DNA of 44,737 bases from Betaproteobacteria bacterium (GCA_016192835.1 JACPTJ010000360.1:1-44737), one strand, 5' to 3'. Counted from the stretch's first letter, positions 1 to 11,695 are shown. Numbers and translations: made by a program. The notes: a model not told the origin generated them from the sequence alone.

Positions 1-165
1 CTTGCCCTTGGCGGGCATGTGTTTAAGCAGGTAGTAGAGTCCGAGCCCGGTGCCTCCTACGTACCGGCGCAGTACATCCTCGGAAGGCAGAGGTTCCTTT
101 CTTATCGTGCCGCGCGTCAAGTCCACGCGCAAAATATGTGCACCGTATCCGCCTTTGATAGCCAT
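1..165 (-). CDS. Aldehyde:ferredoxin oxidoreductase (AOR/WOR family) N-terminus, truncated by window edge
   Basis: Not in the ORF track. Manual translation from ATG at 165 gives MAIKGGYGAHILRVDLTRGTIRKEPLPSEDVLRRYVGGTGLGLYYLLKHMPAKGK, which matches the AOR N-terminal pattern GYxGxILRVDLT...R.Y.GG.GL. GAGGAG RBS upstream. Confidence 0.85.
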   Translation of the reverse strand, partial: MAIKGGYGAHILRVDLTRGTIRKEPLPSEDVLRRYVGGTGLGLYYLLKHMPAKGK

Positions 166-268
166 GTCTCTCCTCTTGGGGAAGATTTCGCTGCTGAAGC
201 TCAAGCAACGCGCGAACTAGTCTAGGGCATTGCCCAAGGGCACAACTTTGATGTACCTCACGCTGGCA

Positions 269-1246
269 TCAATCGGGTTTGATGCCAGCGGCCTTGATCA
301 CCTTGCCCCAGGTGTCAAGCTCGGTTTTCACGAATGCGGAGAACTTTTCGGGACTACTCGTGAACGGCTCGAACCCCAGCTTCTCGAGTTGCGCGCGATA
401 GTCGGGTGTGGCGGCAAGCTTGACGACTTCAGCGTTGAGCCGTGCAATGATCTCGCGCGGTGTGGCCGTCGGCGCTAACAGCGCAAACCACTGTCCCACA
501 TCCAATTCGCGCAAACCGGATTCCACGAACGTGGGAACTTTCGGCAGCAGCGGTGACCGGTTCGGACCCGTCAGGGCCAGCGCCACCAGCCGGTTCGAAT
601 GCACGAATGGGAGCACTGAAGCAATGCCGGCGAACATCACCTGCGATTCGCCGGAAATCACCGCCATTCCCGCCGGGCCGCCGCCTTTGTACGGAATGTG
701 CATCATATTGATGCCCGTCGTGGTTTTGAGCAACTCGGCGACGAGAGACAGGTTGCTGCCGGTACCGCCGGACGCGTAATTGATCTCGCCGGGGCGCGCT
801 TTGGCCAGCACGATCAGCTCCTTAACCGATCTTGCCGGCAACGAAGGATGAACGACCAGCAGATAGTAGCCGAACGCGAGCGGACTCACTGCGGCAAAAT
901 CGCGCACCGGGTCGTACGGGACTTTCACGATCTGAGGGTTGAGCACGATCTCGGTCACTCCACCGATAAGCAGGGTGTAGCCGTCGGGCGCAGACTTCGC
1001 CGCCAGATCAGTGCCGATGGCGCCACTCGCGCCGGCGCGGTTGTCGATGACGAGCTGCTGGCCGAGCTGCTCGCCAAGTTTTTGGCCCGCCACCCGGGCG
1101 ATCAAATCGGTGCTCCCGCCGGGCGCCCAGGCCACGATAACGCGGATCGGCCGCGATGGGTGGCTCTGTTGAGCGACCGTGGCCGTTGCAACGGCCAGCA
1201 ATAGCGAACCTGCCGATAAGCAAAGCAAACGACGTATCGTTTTCAC
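269..1246 (-). CDS. Tripartite tricarboxylate transporter substrate-binding protein (Bug/TctC family)
   Basis: Signal peptide, then PSRPIRVIVAWAPGGSTD, NRAGASGAIG, APDGYTLL, HIPYKGGGPA, W.KVIKAAGIK. Confidence 0.95.
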   Translation of the reverse strand: MKTIRRLLCLSAGSLLLAVATATVAQQSHPSRPIRVIVAWAPGGSTDLIARVAGQKLGEQLGQQLVIDNRAGASGAIGTDLAAKSAPDGYTLLIGGVTEIVLNPQIVKVPYDPVRDFAAVSPLAFGYYLLVVHPSLPARSVKELIVLAKARPGEINYASGGTGSNLSLVAELLKTTTGINMMHIPYKGGGPAGMAVISGESQVMFAGIASVLPFVHSNRLVALALTGPNRSPLLPKVPTFVESGLRELDVGQWFALLAPTATPREIIARLNAEVVKLAATPDYRAQLEKLGFEPFTSSPEKFSAFVKTELDTWGKVIKAAGIKPD

Positions 1247-1654
1247 TCTTCGCTCCTGTTCCTGATGGTTATCATGGCTACATTATAGTGGTGGTAATCG
1301 TAATGCAAATATCATTACTGTCCGGTCAGCGTCAGGTTTCTTAGATGAGGCAACGAATCAATTTCAGTCAGATTTTTGATGAGGCATTGCGGGCGCTTGA
1401 CCTGCTTCGTGCGTCGAGCGCATGATCTGCCGTAACGCCCATTGCGGACTCTCGACAAGCGCGGATCGGGCCGCCGCACGCGTTCTGACGCTCCGGTTTG
1501 AGTCCAGGCAAGGTGCCCGGGGCCGCCTCAGATCTCGCGACAGGCTCAATCAGCGAGCGGACTCCGGCAACGGGCGGATTGATTTTCGTATCGCTTTCCG
1601 TGACCCTTGCCAGATCCTCTCGAACGACGCACGAAGGCGAAAAAGGAGGCCTGT

Positions 1655-1975
1655 ATGTTTTTCGAACTACGGCAGTACCGTATGAGACCGGGCAAGCGCG
1701 ACCAATGGGTGAAATGCATGGAGGAGGAGATCATCCCCTTTCAGGTCTCAAAGGGTATGGTGATTTTGGGCAGCTTCGTTGGCCAGGAGGAAGAGGACCT
1801 GTATGTCTGGATCCGCCGCTTCGAAAGTGAACAGGAACGGAAACGACTGTATGAAGCCGTCTACGAAAGCGACTATTGGAAGAATGACATTGCCCCGAGA
1901 GTTCCTGACCTGATCGATCGCGAGGCGATCAAAGTCACGCGCATCGAAGCCACACCCAAGTCGGTGATTCAATAG
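1655..1975 (+). CDS. NIPSNAP family protein
   Basis: MFFELRQYRMRPGK...LYVWIRRFES...YESDYW. AAGGAGG RBS places the start at ATG 1655 rather than 1607. Confidence 0.85.
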   Translation: MFFELRQYRMRPGKRDQWVKCMEEEIIPFQVSKGMVILGSFVGQEEEDLYVWIRRFESEQERKRLYEAVYESDYWKNDIAPRVPDLIDREAIKVTRIEATPKSVIQ

Positions 1976-2093
1976 CCGACCTGGCTGCACGACCAAGGGG
2001 CACGGGGAACGACCGTGTTCTTCCGGCAGTCATCCGGCGGATCATTGATTATCCTCCTATTTCTCGGCATCACCCAAGAAGCACCGAGGTTAT

Positions 2094-3119
2094 GTGAATA
2101 AAACAATCGCCGTCCTGGGGACGGGTGCCATAGGAAGCAGCGTGGGGGCTGACCTCACCAAGGCCGGACACGACGTAGTCCTGATCGACCAGTGGCCCGC
2201 ACACGTCGAAGCGATGAAGACGAAGGGCTTGCGGATCGTCATGCCCGACGGGGAGTTGCACGTACCGGTTCGCGCCTACCACCTTTGCGAGGTGTGCTCG
2301 CTCAATCGGCAGTTCGACATCGTTCTGCTCACGGCCAAGTCCTACGACAGTTGCTGGATGGCGGAATTCATCAAGCCGTACCTCAAGCCTGACGGGGTCC
2401 TGGTTTCGCTCCAGAACAGCCTCAACGACGAGCGGATCGCACCCATCATCGGGTTCACGCGCGACGTCGGCTGCGTGGTCGAGCTATCCGCGGAGATCTT
2501 CACGCCCGCGGTGGTCCAGCGCAACACCCGTCATGACGGGACATGGTTCGGTTTGGGAGAGCTGCACGGAAGGGTCACGCCCCGCGTGTGCGAGCTCGAG
2601 GCGATTCTGAAGTGCGTCGGCAAGGTTTCCGTCACCTCCAACATCTGGGGCGCCAAGTGGACCAAGCTGATCGCCAACACGATGCTACAGGCGCCGATCG
2701 GGATCCTCGGCCTTCATTCGTGGAATGCCACCGAGATCCCGCAATTATTCGAACTGTGCATCAAGCTCGGCAGGGAAGCGACGGCCGTCGGAAGCGCGCT
2801 CGGCTACACGATCGAGGCGATCTACGGGTTGAGCGCGGAGGAGTTCATGGGTTCGACCGACGAGGTGCTGGAGAAAAACCTCAGGACGCTGGTCACGCAC
2901 GTCGGCCGGAAGGCGCGGAATTCCGTGCTTCAGGATCACCTCAAGGGCAGGTACAGCGAAGTGGACTACCTGAACGGCTTGGTAGTGAGAAAGGGAAAGG
3001 AGGCGAACGTGCCCACGCCTTTGAACGAGGCAGTCGTACAACTCACCCGCCAGATCCAGTGCGGGGAGCTGAAGCCAGCGCGCGAGAACTTGGCGCTCCT
3101 CGAACGAATGATGCGCTGA
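2094..3119 (+). CDS. Ketopantoate reductase (ApbA/PanE) family oxidoreductase
   Basis: Rossmann IAVLGTGAIG, AKSYD, SLQNSL, catalytic W.KL..N (WTKLIAN) and SEVDYLNG motifs. Confidence 0.9.
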   Translation: MNKTIAVLGTGAIGSSVGADLTKAGHDVVLIDQWPAHVEAMKTKGLRIVMPDGELHVPVRAYHLCEVCSLNRQFDIVLLTAKSYDSCWMAEFIKPYLKPDGVLVSLQNSLNDERIAPIIGFTRDVGCVVELSAEIFTPAVVQRNTRHDGTWFGLGELHGRVTPRVCELEAILKCVGKVSVTSNIWGAKWTKLIANTMLQAPIGILGLHSWNATEIPQLFELCIKLGREATAVGSALGYTIEAIYGLSAEEFMGSTDEVLEKNLRTLVTHVGRKARNSVLQDHLKGRYSEVDYLNGLVVRKGKEANVPTPLNEAVVQLTRQIQCGELKPARENLALLERMMR

Positions 3120-3152
3120 TTCTGTTCCGTAGCTGGAACCCTTTGAATTGGC

Positions 3153-3229
<77 letters not shown>

Positions 3230-3236
3230 AAAACAA

Positions 3237-3245
3237 ATTATAACA
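3237..3245 (-). promoter_or_regulatory. Extended -10 promoter element for tRNA-Pro
   Basis: TGTTATAAT (TGn-TATAAT) ending 7 nt upstream of the tRNA 5' end. Confidence 0.6.
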
Positions 3246-3273
3246 GATGCGGTCTGCGCAACAGCGCGCGCCG

Positions 3274-3648
3274 CTAGCGGCGCAGTATGTCGAGCACGCC
3301 CTTGATCTCTTTGCGCAGCACGGAGAGGTTAGTCGCCCTGCCGGCGCCCGCACGGCTGGCCTTGGCCGGCTCGGTGACGGTCTCGTCGAGGCGGTTGCGC
3401 GCGCCGCTGATGGTAAAACCCTGATCGTAGAGCAGATCGCGAATGCGGCGGATCAGCAGCACTTCGTGATGCTGGTAATAGCGCCGGTTGCCGCGGCGCT
3501 TGACCGGCTTGAGCTGCGTAAACTCCTGTTCCCAATAACGCAGCACGTGCGGCTTGACGCCGCACAGTTCGCTGACTTCACCGATTGTGAAGTAACGCTT
3601 CGCAGGTATCGGTGGCAGCGTTTCCTTAGGGCTGTGGTTTGTTTCCAT
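3274..3648 (-). CDS. MerR-family transcriptional regulator (ihfA-linked)
   Basis: [33 protein letters not shown]...RRGNRRYYQ; conserved position after ihfA; ATG at 3648. Confidence 0.93.
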   Translation of the reverse strand: METNHSPKETLPPIPAKRYFTIGEVSELCGVKPHVLRYWEQEFTQLKPVKRRGNRRYYQHHEVLLIRRIRDLLYDQGFTISGARNRLDETVTEPAKASRAGAGRATNLSVLRKEIKGVLDILRR

Positions 3649-3937
3649 TGTTGTAGTTTTGTTCAACCATCGCCTTCAGTTTCTGCGAGGCATGAAAGGT
3701 CACAACGCGGCGCGCAGTGATCGGAATCTCCTCTCCCGTTTTCGGATTTCGGCCAGGCCGTTGCGGCTTGTCGCGCAACTGAAAATTACCGAATCCTGAA
3801 AGCTTCACTCCCTCGCCGTTTTCGAGCGCCAGCCGAACCTCCTCGAAAAACGACTCCACCATGTCCTTGGCCTCGCGTTTGTTGAAACCCACCTTCTCAA
3901 ATAGCAGATCTGCCAACTCGGCCTTGGTCAAAGTCAT
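3626..3937 (-). CDS. ihfA: Integration host factor alpha subunit
   Basis: [13 protein letters not shown]...[38 protein letters not shown]. Confidence 0.98.
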   Translation of the reverse strand: MTLTKAELADLLFEKVGFNKREAKDMVESFFEEVRLALENGEGVKLSGFGNFQLRDKPQRPGRNPKTGEEIPITARRVVTFHASQKLKAMVEQNYNNGNKPQP

Positions 3938-3946
3938 GTTTCCCCC

Positions 3947-6300
3947 TTATTTGCGGAGCTTTGCCTGAAACTGTTCTTGTAAGACTTGAAGCATCTGCCC
4001 AATTGTGGCCTCGACGTCAGCATCAGTCAATGTTTTGTCAGTATCTTGCAATAACACCTTAAATGCAATACTTTTTTTATCTGAATCAATGCCTTTGCCG
4101 CGATATACGTCAAACAGCGCGACCTCGGAAACGTGTCTTTGAGCGTATTTTCTGAGTGCATCAAGCATGGCCTGGGCACTTACGGTTTCGGGGACCTCGA
4201 CCGACAGGTCGCGCCGCACCAGGGGCTGTCGCGAAACCTCGCGATAAACCGGCACATTCCGAGCTGTTATTTTATCGAGGTTTAGCTCGAAAACCATTGG
4301 CGCATAGGGTAAATCGTACTCCTGCTGCAAGCGCGGATGCAACTCCCCAAGCCACCCGATAGCAACCCCTTCCAGGGTCACTTTGGCACTTCGTCCGGGA
4401 TGTAGCGCAGGATGCTGGGCTGCCTCAAAGCCGGCGATATTGGGAGCAACCGCTGCTTCCACGTCGGATTTCACATCGTAAAAATCTACTTTGCGCCCCG
4501 TCACGCCCCACTGTTCCGGCACGGCTTCCCCATAGGCGAGTCCGCCGAGCATCATCACCTGCTCGTAGGCGGAAGCAGCGCGCGAAAAACAACGGCCGGT
4601 TTCGAACAGACGCACGCGCTCCTGTTGCCGGCTCAAATTCAGTCTCAGGCAATCGACGAGGCTTGCGATCAGGCCCGAACGCATTACGCTCAGATGGGCG
4701 GCGATCGGATTGGCGAGTGCGACCGGATCGCGGTTGGCGCAGAAATCGATTTCCCACTGGCGATCGATGAAACTGTAACTGACGATTTCCTGATAGTCGC
4801 GCGCCACCATCAACCCTCGCAACGCATTGATGCTGATGCGCGTCTCGGTCGTGGGAAGCATCACGGCCGTCCCAACGGGCGGGTTGGCGGGAATCTTGTC
4901 GTAACCGTGAATGCGCGCGACTTCCTCGATCAGGTCTTCCTCGAACGCGAAATCGAAGCGGTAGCTGGGCGGGGTGACCAGGAACTCATCGCCGTGCGCA
5001 TCGTACGCGAACCCGAGCCGGCGCAGAATATCGGCAATCTGCTGTGCTGTGAACTCGATGCCCACCAGGCGTTGCGCACGCGCGCGCCGCAGGCGCAGCG
5101 GCTTGCGCTCCGGCAACGTTGCCGTGGCTGCACACACCGGCCCCGCCTTGCCGCCGCAGATATCGAGCACCAGTCGCGTTGCGCGCTCCATCGCCTGCAC
5201 CGTTGCCGCGAAGTCCACGCCGCGCTCGAAGCGATACGCCGAATCCGAACTGAATCCAAGCACGCGCGATTTTCCGGCAATCGCGGCCGGATCGAAAAAC
5301 GCGCTTTCAAGCAGAATATCCCGGGTATCCGGCGTGACGGCGCTTTCCATGCCGCCCATGATGCCGGCGAGCGCGAGCGGTTTTCTGTCGTCGGCTATCA
5401 CCAGCAGGCTGGCGTCGAGCGCGACTTCCTGTTCGTTGAGCAGCTTGAGCTGCTCGCCGCTGCGGCCACGCCGCACGCGGATTGCCCCGTCGATGCGCGC
5501 GAGGTCAAACGCGTGCAGCGGTTGGCCGAGTTCGAGCATTACGTAATTGGCAACATCGACGATCGCGCTGATGCTGCGCAGGCCGCTGCGCTCCAGGCGC
5601 TGCACCATCCAGCGCGGTGTCGCCGCCCGTGCATTGACATCGCGCACAATGCGCCCGCAATAACGCGGACACGCCATCTTGTCTTCGAGCGCAATTTCGA
5701 TGCGGTCGGATGACGCGGCCGGCACGGCGGCAGTCGGGGCCGGGGTCAGCGCGCCGCCGGTAACGGCGGCGGCTTCCCGTGCGAAGCCGAACACGCTCAG
5801 GCAGTCGCCGCGGTTGGGCGTCGGCTTGATGGTAAACAACTGGTCGTCGAGATCGAGATATTCGCGAATGTCGGCGCCGGGAGGCGCGTCGGCAGGAAGT
5901 ACCAGCAGTCCCGATGCGTCCTCGGCAAGACCGAGTTCCCGCGCCGAGCACAGCATGCCGTTCGATTCGACACCGCGTACCTTCGCCTGCTTGATCTCGA
6001 TACCGGGCAACCGGGCCCCGATCCGCGCGAGCGGCACACGAATGCCGGCACGCACATTGGGCGCGCCACACACCACCTGCAGCGGCGCGCCGCCAGCGCT
6101 GACGCTGCACACCGTGAGCCGATCGGCAGCCGGGTGTTTTTGCACCTCGAGCACTTCCGCCACCACCACATTGTCGAAGGGGGGCGCAACCGGCTCGACC
6201 AGCTCGACCTCGACGCCGGACATCGTCAGCGCGTCCGCAAGCGCGCGGCTCGCCAGCGGCGGGTTGACGAAGGTGCGCAGCCAGTTTTCCGAAAACTTCA

Positions 6301-6301
<1 letters not shown>
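3947..6301 (-). CDS. pheT: Phenylalanine--tRNA ligase beta subunit
   Basis: True start MKFSENWLRTFVNP at 6301 (TAATG overlap with the pheS stop); TPNRGDCLS, RFERGVD, DLIEEVARIHGY, FDVYRGKGI motifs. Confidence 0.97.
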
Positions 6302-7331
<1,030 letters not shown>

Positions 7332-7348
7332 ATTGTCGTCGTATCCGC

Positions 7349-7708
7349 TTAGACGCCGAGGCTGGCCTTGGCTTTTTCGACAAACTTGGTAAACGCCGGC
7401 TTATCCAGCACCGCGATGTCGGCGAGCACCTTGCGGTCGACCACGATCGCGGCCTTCTTCAGCCCGTTCATGAACACGCTGTAGGACAGGCCGTGCTCGC
7501 GTACCGCGGCATTGATGCGGGTGATCCACAGGCTGCGAAAATCCCGCTTCTTGTTGCGCCGGTCGCGATACGCGTACTGCCCGGCCCGCATCACCGCTTC
7601 ATTGGCGATACGGAATACGTTATTGCGGCGGCCGCGGAAACCCTTGGCGCGCGCAATGACTTTTTTGTGGCTGGCGCGTGAGGTTACGCCACGTTTGACT
7701 CTGGGCAT
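7349..7708 (-). CDS. rplT: 50S ribosomal protein L20
   Basis: MPRVKRGV...[23 protein letters not shown]. Confidence 0.99.
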   Translation of the reverse strand: MPRVKRGVTSRASHKKVIARAKGFRGRRNNVFRIANEAVMRAGQYAYRDRRNKKRDFRSLWITRINAAVREHGLSYSVFMNGLKKAAIVVDRKVLADIAVLDKPAFTKFVEKAKASLGV

Positions 7709-7719
7709 GGTTCGTCTCC

Positions 7720-7917
7720 TTACGCGTAGGGAAGCATGGCACGAACGGAATTCTTGTCGCTGTCATGCACGCAGGTGCCGCCGCGCAAATGACGTTTCCG
7801 CTTCGTGGATTTCTTGGTCAGGATGTGGCGCATGAACGCGCTGCCACGTTTGATGCGGCCGCTGGCGGAAACCTTGAAGCGCTTCTTGGCGCCGCTTTTC
7901 GTCTTCATCTTAGGCAT
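7720..7917 (-). CDS. rpmI: 50S ribosomal protein L35
   Basis: [15 protein letters not shown]...[15 protein letters not shown]; AAGGAG RBS before ATG 7917. Confidence 0.98.
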   Translation of the reverse strand: MPKMKTKSGAKKRFKVSASGRIKRGSAFMRHILTKKSTKRKRHLRGGTCVHDSDKNSVRAMLPYA

Positions 7918-7941
7918 GACTGCTCCTTTTATAACATAGCG

Positions 7942-7978
7942 CCGGGTGCTTCCCAGGGGGAAGACTTCGGGAACCCGG
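7942..7978 (-). promoter_or_regulatory. Structured rpmI leader (candidate L20 autoregulatory element)
   Basis: Outer stem CCGGGT/ACCCGG and inner stem CTTCCC/GGGAAG with an asymmetric loop, just upstream of the rpmI RBS. L20 feedback on rpmI-rplT is established in E. coli; the function here is inferred. Confidence 0.45.
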
Positions 7979-7999
7979 ACAACTACTTCTGGACTACAA

Positions 8000-8611
8000 C
8001 TACTTTTTTTCGGCCGTCGCTGCGACAGCCGCTGGTGCAGCAGCGGCCGGCTTGGCCGCTGCTTTCTTCGGCGCCGCACGCGCTACCGGCACAGCGCCTT
8101 TCTTCGGCGACAGCACCATTACCATCTGCCGCCCTTCCATCTTCGGAAACTGCTCGATCACGCTGTACGGCTCGAGATCGTTCTTGACGCGCTCAATCAG
8201 CCGGTAGCCGAATTCCTGATGCGCCATCTCGCGGCCGCGGAAACGCAGCGTAACCTTGGTCTTGTCGCCTTCTTCGAGGAAGCGGATCAGATTGCGCAAT
8301 TTGATCTTGTAATCGCCTTCGTCGGTGCTGGGTCGAAATTTGACCTCTTTGACGATGATCTGCTTCTGCTTGAGCTTGGCCTCGTGCCGCTTCTTGCTTT
8401 CGCGGTACTTGAACTTGCCGTAATCCATGATCCGGCACACCGGCGGCACCGCCGTCGGCGCGATTTCGACCAGATCGAGTTCCGCTGCTTCCGCCTGCGC
8501 ATTGGCGATCGCGATGCTGACAATGCCGACCTGCTCGCCAGCGGCGCCGATCAGCCTGACTTCGGGCACGTTAATTTCGCCGTTAATGCGCGGCTCTTTT
8601 TCCTGAGCTAT
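8000..8611 (-). CDS. infC: Translation initiation factor IF-3, non-canonical ATA start
   Basis: The frame extends upstream of the ORF-track start to ATA GCT CAG GAA AAA GAG CCG CGC ATT AAC GGC GAA ATT ([14 protein letters not shown]); [14 protein letters not shown] and [10 protein letters not shown] motifs. Confidence 0.95.
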   Translation of the reverse strand: MAQEKEPRINGEINVPEVRLIGAAGEQVGIVSIAIANAQAEAAELDLVEIAPTAVPPVCRIMDYGKFKYRESKKRHEAKLKQKQIIVKEVKFRPSTDEGDYKIKLRNLIRFLEEGDKTKVTLRFRGREMAHQEFGYRLIERVKNDLEPYSVIEQFPKMEGRQMVMVLSPKKGAVPVARAAPKKAAAKPAAAAPAAVAATAEKK

Positions 8612-8635
8612 ATAAAAACCCCGCTATATCAAAAG

Positions 8636-10552
8636 TTATGCCGTGCGCCCGAGCTTTCGCGCCTCGTGTCTGAGGCGCTCGATGAAAGCCTGAATCGGCA
8701 TCTGGCCGAGGTCTTCACCGGTGCGGGTCCGCACGGCAACTGTCTGCGCCGCCATTTCCTTGTCACCCACAATCACTTGGTAAGGCAGCTTTTGCAGACT
8801 ATGTTGCCGGATTTTATAGGTTATTTTCTCATTCCTCAAGTCTGCGTTGGCACGCACCCCGGCGCGCTTGAGTTCAGCCACCACCGCTTCGGCGTAAGCA
8901 GCCTGATTTGCAGTGATATTCAGCACTACCGTCTGCACGGGCGCCAGCCACACCGGAAACGCACCGGCGCAGTTTTCGATCAGAATGCCGATGAAGCGCT
9001 CCATCGAGCCCACGATCGCCCGGTGCAGCATCACCGGCGTCCTGCGCGCGTTGTCCTCCGCCACGTATTCGGCGCCCAGTCGCGCGGGCATCGAGAAGTC
9101 GACCTGTATCGTGCCGCACTGCCAGACGCGCCCGATCGAGTCCTGCAACGAGAACTCGACCTTCGGGCCGTAGAACGCGCCCTCGCCCGGCACCGTTTCC
9201 CACTTCAAGCCTCTGCCGTCGAGCGCGTCTGCCAGCGCTTTTTCGGCAACGTCCCAGGTTGCATCGGAACCCACGCGCTTCGCCGGCCGAGTGGAAAGCT
9301 TGTAGATGATGTCGTCAAAGCCGAAATCCCGGTAAACCGCGATCAGCAGATCGATGAAGTGCGACACTTCGGGCTGGATCTGCGCTTCGGTGCAAAAGAT
9401 GTGCCCGTCATCCTGAGTGAAGCCGCGCACGCGCATGATGCCGTGCAGCGCGCCCGAAGGCTCGTTGCGGTGGCATGCGCCGAACTCGCCATAGCGTAGC
9501 GGCAGTTCGCGATAGCTGCGCAAATCGGAGTTGAATATCTGCACGTGGCCCGGACAGTTCATCGGCTTTAACGCATAGTCGCGGTTCTCGCTCGCCGTGG
9601 TGAACATGCTTTCACGGAAGTTCTCCCAGTGGCCGGACTTTTCCCACAGCGCGCGGTCGAGAATCTGCGGGCACTTGACCTCCCGGTAGCCGTTGTCCTG
9701 ATACACGCGCCGCAGGTACTGTTCGACCTGTTGCCAGATCACCCAGCCGTGCGGGTGCCAGAACACCAGTCCCGGCGCTGCGTCCTGCATATGAAACAAA
9801 TCGAGCTGCCGGGCGAGGCGGCGGTGATCGCGTTTCTCGGCTTCTTCCAGCATGCGCAGATGGGCGTCCTGGTCTTCCTTCTTCGCCCACGCCGTGCCGT
9901 AAATACGCTGCAGCATTTCGTTCTTCGAGTCGCCGCGCCAGTAGGCTCCCGCGACTTTCATCAGCTTGAACACCTTGAGCTTGCCGGTCGACGGCACGTG
10001 CGGCCCGCGGCAGAGGTCGATGAAATCGCCTTCGCGATACAGCGAGACGTCTTCGCCCGACGGAATCGAGGCGATAATCTCGGCCTTGTAGTGTTCGCCG
10101 CTCGCTTTGAAGAACTCGATTGCCTGGTCGCGCGGCCACACTTCACGCGCAACCGGAATGTTGCGCTTGACGAGTTCAGCCATGCGCTGTTCGATCGCGG
10201 CCAGATCTTCCGGCGTAAACGGCCGCTGGTAGGAAAAGTCGTAATAGAAGCCGTTCTCGATCACCGGCCCGATCGTCACCTGCGCGTCGGGAAAGAGTTC
10301 CTTAACCGCGTAAGCAAGCAAATGCGCGGCCGAATGCCGGATCAACTCGAGACCTTCGGGGTCCCGCTCGGTGACGATCGCGATCTCACTGTCTTGCGCG
10401 ATCACGAACGACGTGTCGACCAGCTTGCCGTCGACCTTGCCGGCAAGCGCGGCTTTGGCCAGCCCGGGACCGATCGCCGCCGCGACTTCGGCAACCGATA
10501 CCGGTTTGTCAAAAGGACGGATAGTACCGTCAGGAAGTTTTACGTTGACCAT
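8636..10552 (-). CDS. thrS: Threonine--tRNA ligase
   Basis: TGS domain, [50 protein letters not shown]. Confidence 0.99.
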   Translation of the reverse strand: MVNVKLPDGTIRPFDKPVSVAEVAAAIGPGLAKAALAGKVDGKLVDTSFVIAQDSEIAIVTERDPEGLELIRHSAAHLLAYAVKELFPDAQVTIGPVIENGFYYDFSYQRPFTPEDLAAIEQRMAELVKRNIPVAREVWPRDQAIEFFKASGEHYKAEIIASIPSGEDVSLYREGDFIDLCRGPHVPSTGKLKVFKLMKVAGAYWRGDSKNEMLQRIYGTAWAKKEDQDAHLRMLEEAEKRDHRRLARQLDLFHMQDAAPGLVFWHPHGWVIWQQVEQYLRRVYQDNGYREVKCPQILDRALWEKSGHWENFRESMFTTASENRDYALKPMNCPGHVQIFNSDLRSYRELPLRYGEFGACHRNEPSGALHGIMRVRGFTQDDGHIFCTEAQIQPEVSHFIDLLIAVYRDFGFDDIIYKLSTRPAKRVGSDATWDVAEKALADALDGRGLKWETVPGEGAFYGPKVEFSLQDSIGRVWQCGTIQVDFSMPARLGAEYVAEDNARRTPVMLHRAIVGSMERFIGILIENCAGAFPVWLAPVQTVVLNITANQAAYAEAVVAELKRAGVRANADLRNEKITYKIRQHSLQKLPYQVIVGDKEMAAQTVAVRTRTGEDLGQMPIQAFIERLRHEARKLGRTA

Positions 10553-10579
10553 GTCTGAATCATTTCAGCGCATCAGGCG

Positions 10580-10605
10580 AAAAAAAAGTGCGGGCCAGCC
10601 GCACT
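10580..10605 (-). terminator. Intrinsic terminator after tRNA-Val
   Basis: AGTGCGG-CTGGC-CCGCACT hairpin followed by a T-run on the minus strand. Confidence 0.75.
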
Positions 10606-10617
10606 CCTTTTAAAACT

Positions 10618-10694
10618 TGGTAGGCGCGATTGGACTCGAACCAACGACCCCCACCATGTCAAGGTGGTGCTCTAACCAACTGAGCTACGCGCCT
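10618..10694 (-). tRNA. tRNA-Val(GAC)
   Basis: AGGCGCGTAGCTCAGTTGGTTAGAGCACCACCTTGACATGGTGGGGGTCGTTGGTTCGAGTCCAATCGCGCCTACCA; anticodon GAC, encoded CCA. Confidence 0.97.
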
Positions 10695-10705
10695 GAAAGC
10701 GGGGA

Positions 10706-10734
10706 ATTCTACCCGTTTCAGCCCGGTGGTTCAA
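10706..10734 (-). promoter_or_regulatory. Sigma70 promoter for tRNA-Val
   Basis: TTGAAC-N17-TAGAAT followed by a GC-rich discriminator (TCCCCGC). Confidence 0.7.
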
Positions 10735-10852
10735 ATAAATCATGACCTTGCCTCGCATACGGCCGGCCCCGGCTTGCCGCCGGTCGGGGTGCGCAATATA
10801 GTGCGGTGCTCGGACGTAATGCGCCGGTTCACGGCGTCGATCAGGAGACAAC

Positions 10853-11692
10853 TTGGCTGCCTATAACATTGCTGAAATCGACCGTGGCCGAAGGCATCGC
10901 GTGAAATTCGTCATCGCCGCGTATGCGTTCGCATGCGTTGTTGCTGCGGCGATGGCTGCGGACTCCCCGGACCGCGGCGGGACGGTTGCGATTGCGGCAG
11001 GTCCATTCACGATGGGCGCGGCCGCAGGCCCCGATGACGAGCGCCCGGTACACCAAGTGCAGGTGGCGGCATTCGAGATCGACCGGCTGCCGGTAACCAA
11101 CGCGCAGTTTGCGGAATTCCTGATTGCGATCGGCACGCACAACAAGAACGGCGAACGGTTGTTCGACGACGATGATCCGGATGCGCGCATTCACAAGATC
11201 GGCAACCGCTGGAGCGCCGACACGGGTTTCGAGAATCATCCCGTAGTCGAAGTGCCGTGGCCGGGCGCGCGCGACTACTGTGCGTGGCGCGGCAAGCGCC
11301 TGCCTACCGAAGCCGAATGGGAGAAAGCGGCACGCGGCACGGACGGCAGAAAATATCCATGGGGCAACACGCCACCGGACCGCACGCGAGGACAATTCGC
11401 CGCGCGTTATAACGACACCGCGCCGGTCGATGCATTTCCTGCCGGCGCGAGCCCCTACGGCGTGCTCGATATGGCCGGCAACGCATGGGAATGGGTCTCA
11501 AGCTCTTACCGCCCCTATCCCTACGATGCGAATGACGGACGCGAGGATCAAAAGTCCGGCCCGGTGCGCGCAACCCGCGGCGGCGGCCACGACTCGCCGG
11601 CGGAGGAAACAACGACCACGCAGCGCGGCCGCTATCTGTCGCGCAACCCGCGCTCGGGGCATCACAACATCGGTTTCCGCTGCGCAAAGTGA
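10853..11692 (+). CDS. Formylglycine-generating enzyme / SUMF1-EgtB-PvdO family domain protein, probably exported
   Basis: FTMG..DERPVH.V, PVTNAQFAEF, HPVV.V.W..A..YC.W.GKRLPTEAEWEKAARG, DMAGNAWEW, IGFRCA. Start is uncertain (TTG 10853 or GTG 10901, the latter giving a signal peptide). Confidence 0.88.
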   Translation: MAAYNIAEIDRGRRHRVKFVIAAYAFACVVAAAMAADSPDRGGTVAIAAGPFTMGAAAGPDDERPVHQVQVAAFEIDRLPVTNAQFAEFLIAIGTHNKNGERLFDDDDPDARIHKIGNRWSADTGFENHPVVEVPWPGARDYCAWRGKRLPTEAEWEKAARGTDGRKYPWGNTPPDRTRGQFAARYNDTAPVDAFPAGASPYGVLDMAGNAWEWVSSSYRPYPYDANDGREDQKSGPVRATRGGGHDSPAEETTTTQRGRYLSRNPRSGHHNIGFRCAK

Positions 11693-11695
11693 TCA

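Noticed and set aside
1345-1425. Short ORF MRQRINFSQIFDEALRALDLLRASSA in the Bug-NIPSNAP gap
   Set aside because: 26 codons, no clear RBS and no recognisable family.
3268-3283. 16-bp perfect palindrome GCGCCGCTAGCGGCGC at the merR stop
   Set aside because: Single GC-rich occurrence with no T-tract or related copies; could be chance or a simple RNA hairpin.
7946-9499. Long antisense ORFs (e.g. 7946-9499, 12005-13585, 4412-5713, 43278-44558)
   Set aside because: Shadow frames opposite well-conserved genes, expected in high-GC DNA; no recognisable motifs.
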